A stretch of 29,205 nt of DNA, taken from the NCBI GenBank assembly GCA_021683455.1, contig GCA_021683455.1_3051.3. One strand, written 5' to 3'. This document shows, one piece after another, positions 23,764-29,205 of the stretch. The notes below the pieces were generated by a model. That model was not told the origin of the DNA and searched no databases. It saw nothing but the letters and a program-made list of their open reading frames with translations. The position numbers and the translations under genes are program-made. Numbering within the stretch: position 1 is the first letter of the stretch; the number at the start of each line of letters is the position of its first letter. Source of the DNA: a phage.

Positions 23764-24519
23764 ATGAAACTGCATAATATGTCTAATAATCAAATTCGTA
23801 AAATTAAACGTCGTTTAGAGCATACTCAGGCATCTGCTAAAAGACGTTCTAAAGATTTTAACTTAGACTTCAATTACATTAAGAACATTTTAGATCAAAA
23901 AGTTTGTGCCTATTCGGGAGAACCTTTTGATAATCGTATTGAAGGAGAGAAATTATCATTAGAACGTTTTGATAATAACATTGGATACATTAAAGGGAAC
24001 GTTATTGCAGTAAAGAAAAAGTATAATACATTTCGTTCTGATTATACTTTAGAAGAGTTGATTGAAAAGCGTGATTTATTTGCTTTGCGAATTGGTCGTT
24101 CATCTGCGAAAAAAGTTCATAAACTAAATTTAGATGAAAAGAAATGGGCTAAAATCAAAAAGACTTATAATCAAATTAAAGCTATACAGAAAAAACGTGA
24201 AAACCGAATTGAACACATTTCTCAGCTTTCTAAATCAAAACAAACTTCTGACGTTAAGCTAACGATTATAGCACTTAAAGCTCGTATTGATGGTTCTCGT
24301 ATAGCAGAAGGTGCTGAAGTTGTTAAACTGAACGTTCTTCTTAAAGGCTCGGATTGGAAAATTGTGAAAAAGTTGTCAGAAGCAGAAATGCAATATGATA
24401 TGTGTGATAAAATTATTCAAGGTGTAGAGCGGTATCAAAACTTGTCTTTTATTGATAAACTTAAACTGAAAAGAGGATACCCGCTAAATTGTTCAATTTT
24501 TAAACTTATCCGAGGATAA
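23764..24519 (+). CDS. srd: Basic hypothetical protein, positionally equivalent to T4 srd
   Basis: 251 aa; Lys/Arg-rich; own early promoter; located between modA and dda. Symbol assigned by synteny only. Confidence 0.4.
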   Translation: MKLHNMSNNQIRKIKRRLEHTQASAKRRSKDFNLDFNYIKNILDQKVCAYSGEPFDNRIEGEKLSLERFDNNIGYIKGNVIAVKKKYNTFRSDYTLEELIEKRDLFALRIGRSSAKKVHKLNLDEKKWAKIKKTYNQIKAIQKKRENRIEHISQLSKSKQTSDVKLTIIALKARIDGSRIAEGAEVVKLNVLLKGSDWKIVKKLSEAEMQYDMCDKIIQGVERYQNLSFIDKLKLKRGYPLNCSIFKLIRG

Positions 24520-24520
24520 T

Positions 24521-24832
24521 ATGGTTTATGTATATGCGATAGTTTACCGAGACAAAGACGGATTTACGGCGCCAGTTCCGCTTGATGAACATCGTCCTGC
24601 TGTATTTTTTGAATGGAATATTGCTGACAAAGTATTTACCACTCTTAAAGAGCAGTATCGACTAGCTTTAGGTATGGGAATTCCAAGATTAGTTGAAACT
24701 CCACGCAAGTTTTGGTTTAATAAAATAGAAGTTAAACACGTTAAGCCTGATGTAGACACACAAAGATTATATCGGCGAATTTTAGATACTGGGCGTGTTG
24801 TTAGTATTCCAATTGCAGGGACTTTCCGATGA
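24521..24832 (+). CDS. Small hypothetical protein (dda.1-like position)
   Basis: 103 aa; GAGGA SD; stop overlaps the dda start (ATGA). Confidence 0.5.
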   Translation: MVYVYAIVYRDKDGFTAPVPLDEHRPAVFFEWNIADKVFTTLKEQYRLALGMGIPRLVETPRKFWFNKIEVKHVKPDVDTQRLYRRILDTGRVVSIPIAGTFR

Positions 24833-26148
24833 CATTTGATGATTTGACAGAAGGCCAGAAAAATGCCTTTAACATCGTTATGAGGGCTATTAAAGAAAAG
24901 AAACATCATGTAACTATTAATGGACCTGCTGGTACTGGTAAGACTACTCTTACTAAGTTCATCATTGAAGCTTTAATATCAACAGGCGAAACTGGTATCA
25001 TTTTGGCAGCTCCTACACATGCAGCTAAAAAGATTCTTTCAAAACTGTCGGGGAAAGAAGCGAGTACTATTCACAGTATTCTTAAAATTAACCCAGTTAC
25101 GTATGAAGAAAATGTTCTTTTTGAACAGAAGGAAGTACCAGATTTAGCTAAATGCAGGGTATTAATCTGCGACGAAGTGTCAATGTATGATAGAAAGCTA
25201 TTTAAAATTCTGCTTTCGACTATTCCGCCGTGGTGCACAATAATTGGAATAGGTGATAATAAGCAAATTAGACCTGTTGACCCAGGAGAAAACACTGCTT
25301 ATATCAGTCCATTTTTTACACACAAAGATTTTTATCAATGTGAACTTACTGAAGTTAAACGCAGTAATGCTCCTATTATTGATGTAGCTACTGATGTTCG
25401 CAACGGTAAGTGGATTTATGATAAAGTTGTTGACGGTCATGGAGTACGTGGATTTACTGGTGATACCGCTTTACGCGATTTTATGGTAAATTATTTTTCA
25501 ATCGTCAAATCACTAGATGATTTGTTTGAAAATCGCGTAATGGCATTTACGAATAAATCTGTTGACAAGTTAAATAGCATTATTCGTAAAAAGATTTTTG
25601 AAACTGATAAAGATTTTATTGTCGGTGAAATTATTGTAATGCAAGAACCGTTAATTAAAACGTATAAAATTGACGGAAAACCGGTATCAGAAATTATTTT
25701 TAATAACGGACAATTAGTTCGTATTATAGAAGCAGAGTATACATCAACCTTTGTTAAAGCTCGTGGTGTTCCTGGAGAATATCTAATTCGTCATTGGGAC
25801 TTAACAGTAGAAACTTACGGCGATGATGAATATTATCGTGAAAAGATTAAAATAATTTCATCTGATGAAGAGCTATATAAGTTTAACCTATTTTTAGGTA
25901 AAACGGCAGAAACTTATAAAAATTGGAACAAAGGCGGAAAAGCTCCATGGAGTGATTTTTGGGATGCTAAATCACAGTTCAGTAAAGTGAAAGCACTTCC
26001 TGCATCAACATTCCATAAAGCTCAGGGTATGTCTGTAGACCGTGCTTTCATTTATACGCCTTGTATTCATTATGCAGATGCTGAATTAGCTCAACAACTT
26101 CTTTATGTTGGTGTAACACGTGGTCGTTATGATGTGTTTTATGTGTGA
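24829..26148 (+). CDS. dda: DNA helicase Dda (SF1B)
   Basis: 439 aa; Walker A GPAGTGKTT, motif II CDEVSM, GDNKQ, motif VI VGVTRGR. Confidence 0.9.
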   Translation: MTFDDLTEGQKNAFNIVMRAIKEKKHHVTINGPAGTGKTTLTKFIIEALISTGETGIILAAPTHAAKKILSKLSGKEASTIHSILKINPVTYEENVLFEQKEVPDLAKCRVLICDEVSMYDRKLFKILLSTIPPWCTIIGIGDNKQIRPVDPGENTAYISPFFTHKDFYQCELTEVKRSNAPIIDVATDVRNGKWIYDKVVDGHGVRGFTGDTALRDFMVNYFSIVKSLDDLFENRVMAFTNKSVDKLNSIIRKKIFETDKDFIVGEIIVMQEPLIKTYKIDGKPVSEIIFNNGQLVRIIEAEYTSTFVKARGVPGEYLIRHWDLTVETYGDDEYYREKIKIISSDEELYKFNLFLGKTAETYKNWNKGGKAPWSDFWDAKSQFSKVKALPASTFHKAQGMSVDRAFIYTPCIHYADAELAQQLLYVGVTRGRYDVFYV

Positions 26149-26154
26149 GGCTAT

Positions 26155-26415
26155 ATGATTAACATCAATTCAAAATATTTAAATCGTCTAATAGATGGTA
26201 TAAGGAAGCATACTAATAAGCAAGATAATCTCGATGTTATGGTAACAGGAGCTGAGCTCCTTCATAAGCTTTATCTTATAAGTGATACTATATTAGCAAT
26301 TAAACGAATTGAAAAACAATCATATCACAGTAATACAGATACGGTAATTACACTAGATGAAAGTGTCTGTAAATTACTAATTAAATTTGAGGAAGCTATT
26401 CGTGGAAATAACTAA
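26155..26415 (+). CDS. Small hypothetical protein
   Basis: 86 aa; GAGG SD 6 nt upstream. Confidence 0.5.
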   Translation: MININSKYLNRLIDGIRKHTNKQDNLDVMVTGAELLHKLYLISDTILAIKRIEKQSYHSNTDTVITLDESVCKLLIKFEEAIRGNN

Positions 26416-26647
26416 AGACCAGTTTTATCTGCTTCAAGATAAAGTAAGCGAAATTTATGAAATAGCTTATAGTAAAAATCGCAAAAACGTGAAAATTGAA
26501 TCAGGCAAGTTAATGCTTCAATTGGAAGAAATTGAACGAGATTTAATTGCGTTAGAATTCTTTTGCGGCGAAGTGAAAACTGTCACAATCAGTGATTATG
26601 TTTTGGGTGAAATTAACCATCTTTATAAGGCGGTTATTAATGATTGA
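26402..26647 (+). CDS. Small hypothetical protein; start uncertain (GTG 26402 or TTG 26387)
   Basis: ORF overlaps the end of the previous gene; GAGG 9 nt upstream of GTG 26402. Confidence 0.4.
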   Translation: MEITKDQFYLLQDKVSEIYEIAYSKNRKNVKIESGKLMLQLEEIERDLIALEFFCGEVKTVTISDYVLGEINHLYKAVIND

Positions 26648-26882
26648 ATTAAGTTGGTATCAGTTTAAATCTCTTATGGCAAATGTTAAAGCTGTCATTG
26701 AAGAAAATCCAGGACCTGAAAATGTAACTATTCGTGAAAAAGCTTCAAAGATAGTATACAGTCTTGAAGAGATGCAAAAAGATATTGAATCTATGGCAAA
26801 ATTTATGGATGAGCCTATTAATAAAGTTTATATTCAAGATTATACTGTAGGTCAAATTCGCGATTTAGCGAGGAAAGTTTAA
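26640..26882 (+). CDS. Small hypothetical protein
   Basis: ATG 26640 overlaps the preceding stop; its own stop overlaps the dexA start (TAATG). The ORF-track start at 26592 is a longer upstream extension. Confidence 0.4.
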   Translation: MIELSWYQFKSLMANVKAVIEENPGPENVTIREKASKIVYSLEEMQKDIESMAKFMDEPINKVYIQDYTVGQIRDLARKV

Positions 26883-27565
26883 TGTTTGATTTTATTATAG
26901 ATTTTGAAACAATGGGAAGCGGTGAAAAGGCAGCTGTTATTGATTTGGCTGTTATTGCCTTTGACCCTAATCCAGAAGTCGTTGAAACATTTGATGAATT
27001 AGTTTCACGTGGCATTAAAATCAAATTTGATTTAAAAAGCCAAAAAGGACATCGTCTTTTTACTAAAAGCACTATCGAATGGTGGAAGAATCAATCTCCT
27101 GAAGCTCGAAAAAATATTGCGCCATCAGATGAAGATGTAAGCACTATCGATGGCATTGCAAAATTTAATGATTACATCAATGCGCATAATATCGATCCTT
27201 GGAAATCTCAAGGCTGGTGCCGTGGAATGTCGTTTGATTTTCCAATTTTAGTCGATCTCATTCGCGATATTCAACGTCTTAACGGCGTTTCCGAGAATGA
27301 GCTTGATACATTTAAGTTAGAACCGTGTAAATTCTGGAATCAGCGTGATATTCGTACCAGAATTGAAGCACTTCTCCTTGTTCGTGATATGACCACGTGT
27401 CCTCTTCCAAAAGGAACTTTAGATGGATTCGTTGCACATGATTCTATTCATGACTGTGCGAAAGACATCCTGATGATGAAGTATGCTTTGCGCTATGCTA
27501 TGGGTCTTGAAGATGCTCCGTCAGAGGAAGAGTGCGATCCTCTGTCTCTTCCAACAAAACGATAA
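26882..27565 (+). CDS. dexA: Exonuclease A (DexA), DEDDh-type 3'-5' exonuclease
   Basis: 227 aa; motifs IDFETMG (D-x-E), AHDSIHDCAKD (H-x4-D); positioned after dda as in T4. Confidence 0.75.
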   Translation: MFDFIIDFETMGSGEKAAVIDLAVIAFDPNPEVVETFDELVSRGIKIKFDLKSQKGHRLFTKSTIEWWKNQSPEARKNIAPSDEDVSTIDGIAKFNDYINAHNIDPWKSQGWCRGMSFDFPILVDLIRDIQRLNGVSENELDTFKLEPCKFWNQRDIRTRIEALLLVRDMTTCPLPKGTLDGFVAHDSIHDCAKDILMMKYALRYAMGLEDAPSEEECDPLSLPTKR

Positions 27566-27573
27566 AAAGTTGT

Positions 27574-27602
27574 TTACTTCCTCGGTTAGTTGTGGTATTA
27601 TA
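27574..27602 (+). promoter_or_regulatory. T4-type early promoter upstream of the motB-region ORF
   Basis: AAAGTTGTTTACT context; -35 TTTACT (27574..27579), 17-nt spacer, -10 TATTAT (27597..27602). Confidence 0.5.
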
Positions 27603-27628
27603 ACACCATAGCTACTGAGGATAATAAA

Positions 27629-28141
27629 ATGAAAATTTATCGTGTTGAATCATCATTTAGCGCATTAAATGATGATAGTGGTATAGTGAAAATTAGGCAA
27701 GAGTTGTGCGTTCAATCAACTCCTTATCGTGGATTTGATTCTATGAAAACTCGAACTTGGCTAAAATTTTGCGGTATTAATTCATCGTCATTTCATCATC
27801 ATAGCGATAATTATGAAAGCCATGAAAGTATTCCTATTCCACACGATGATAAGTTATTAGTTGAAAATGCTAATGATGTTATTAAAACTAAATGGAATAA
27901 AGATTATTCACAATTTGAAAATTATATTCCGTTGTGGCTTATTGCATTATATCATTTTGCTTTCGCTAGTGAATATGATATGATGAGATGGTTCACCCGA
28001 GAAGAGCGTGAAGACTTAAAAGATCGTGGAATGTACATTGCGATTTATGAAGTTCCTGAAGATGAAGTTATCATTGGCGGGCATCAAGTAATGTTCCGCA
28101 AGTCACATGCTGAACTCGTAGATTTTATTGAAATGAGATAA
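27629..28141 (+). CDS. Hypothetical protein (motB-region position)
   Basis: 170 aa from ATG 27629 with GAGGA SD; the ORF-track start at 27590 is a TTG inside the promoter -10 region. Confidence 0.5.
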   Translation: MKIYRVESSFSALNDDSGIVKIRQELCVQSTPYRGFDSMKTRTWLKFCGINSSSFHHHSDNYESHESIPIPHDDKLLVENANDVIKTKWNKDYSQFENYIPLWLIALYHFAFASEYDMMRWFTREEREDLKDRGMYIAIYEVPEDEVIIGGHQVMFRKSHAELVDFIEMR

Positions 28142-28143
28142 TT

Positions 28144-28686
28144 ATGAAATTTAATTATAATCCTGAATACATACCAAATCCTGTAGATAAACCGTTTGAT
28201 ATGGATATAGCAAGCATGTACGGCACTCTTGTTAAACCATTAGAAATTAAGGAAACATTCATGACTGCTCGGACCATCGAAATTGGCAAAACCTACAAAC
28301 TGGTTGAAACTGAAATTAAAACTACTGAACTAAATTTGGGTTATAAAGCATTGACTAGTGTTTTTGGTGAAGGCGAGTTTGTGGTTAAAAGCTTTTCAAA
28401 AAGTAACTGGCATGATAAGAATAAAGCTTACGTGATTCGAGTACAACGTTTAGATAATGATGAAGTAATTAAAACTATAGTTTTTGAAGCAGAGTTCATC
28501 CTCTTTCAAGAATGCGATCCTACTGACCTTTTAACTCGTGCGGTAGCTATCAAGACTCCATTTATTTCGGTCTGTGGTTGGGTAACAGACCAGTGGATTG
28601 AAGATGGTGTTGAACTTCTGAACGTTGTTCATGCAGGTGATTTTAGTGTAGTACCTCGTAGCGCGGTGGTAGCTATTTTAAATTAA
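28144..28686 (+). CDS. Hypothetical protein; paralog of the next ORF
   Basis: 180 aa; C-terminal motif WVTDQWIEDGVELLNVVHAG. Confidence 0.5.
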   Translation: MKFNYNPEYIPNPVDKPFDMDIASMYGTLVKPLEIKETFMTARTIEIGKTYKLVETEIKTTELNLGYKALTSVFGEGEFVVKSFSKSNWHDKNKAYVIRVQRLDNDEVIKTIVFEAEFILFQECDPTDLLTRAVAIKTPFISVCGWVTDQWIEDGVELLNVVHAGDFSVVPRSAVVAILN

Positions 28687-28689
28687 TAG

Positions 28690-28718
28690 TTTACAAACTC
28701 TTGGGACCAGAGTATAAT
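28690..28718 (+). promoter_or_regulatory. T4-type early promoter upstream of the terminal partial ORF
   Basis: -35 TTTACA (28690..28695), 17-nt spacer, -10 TATAAT (28713..28718); the -10 lies in the loop of a GGGACC/GGTCCC inverted repeat. Confidence 0.5.
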
Positions 28719-28762
28719 GGTCCCGTGGAGTATAAAATCTTTTTAACAAGTGAGAGATAATT

Positions 28763-29205
28763 ATGATTATTAATATTGGTGAATTAGCTCGTGTATCTGA
28801 TAAATCCCGTTCTAAAGCAGCAGGAAAATTGGTTGAAATTGTAAGCATTCAGCTTAAACACGGTGTTAAAGATGAAGATTCTGAAGTAAAAGTGCGTATC
28901 ATTCCTAAAGATGGAAAGTCTAAACCTCAGTTTGGCTATGTTCGTGCGAAATTTCTTGAATCTGCGTTTTTGAAAGCTGTTCCTGCTAAAGGAATTGAAA
29001 CGATTGATACTTCGCATGTAGGCGTAGACTTTAAGTGGAAACTCGGTCAAGCTATTAAGTTCGTTGCTCCTTATGAATTCGAATTTACTGAAGATGAGGA
29101 AGGGGTTGTTCAAAAACACCGTACTCGTGCTATGTGCGCATACATTACTGATCAGTGGGTAGAAGACGGTGTTAAGCTGTACAACGCGGTATATTTAGGA
29201 ACATA
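28763..29205 (+). CDS. 3'-truncated ORF (runs off the window end); paralog of the preceding ORF
   Basis: ATG 28763 behind an early promoter; no stop before the window end; contains ITDQWVEDGVKLYNAVYLG. The ORF track instead lists a minus-strand ORF here, which I consider spurious. Confidence 0.5.
   Translation, partial: MIINIGELARVSDKSRSKAAGKLVEIVSIQLKHGVKDEDSEVKVRIIPKDGKSKPQFGYVRAKFLESAFLKAVPAKGIETIDTSHVGVDFKWKLGQAIKFVAPYEFEFTEDEEGVVQKHRTRAMCAYITDQWVEDGVKLYNAVYLGT

Noticed and set aside
28784-29119. 111-aa minus-strand ORF at the 3' end of the window
   Set aside because: The + strand here has a promoter, SD and an open frame with a motif shared with the upstream paralog; the minus-strand ORF has no SD and a low-complexity translation.

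Overview
The window is a near-contiguous block of the early DNA replication, recombination and nucleotide-metabolism region of a T4-like (T-even, Tequatrovirus-type) myovirus, almost entirely on the + strand. Gene order read from the sequence: 5'-truncated ORF, 47, two small ORFs, 46, small ORF, rpbA, 45, 44, 62, regA, small ORF, 43 (DNA polymerase), four small envelope-targeted ORFs (including an Imm-like protein), 42 (dCMP hydroxymethylase), a GT-A type glycosyltransferase, uvsX, 40, 41, dmd, small ORF, sp, three small ORFs, 61 (primase), one antisense small membrane ORF, 56, two small ORFs, soc, seven small ORFs, modB, an interrupted modA, srd-like ORF, small ORF, dda, three small ORFs, dexA, and three further ORFs, the last running off the 3' end. 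Identifications rest on length, catalytic motifs visible in the translations, and synteny recalled from phage T4; no database search was run. Recognisable T4-type early promoters (GTTTAC -35 / TATAAT-like -10), MotA-box middle promoters, one late promoter (TATAAATA) before soc, GC-hairpin terminators and the gene 43 translational operator hairpin are present. It is not T4 itself: the T4 beta-gt locus holds a different glycosyltransferase, and no segF or dam homolog is seen where my recollection of the T4 map places them. No complete novel multi-gene system was found. The items most worth a second look are the interrupted modA with a prfB-like +1 frameshift context, the antisense membrane ORF between 61 and 56, the non-beta-gt glycosyltransferase, and the lipoprotein and secreted ORFs next to the Imm-like gene.
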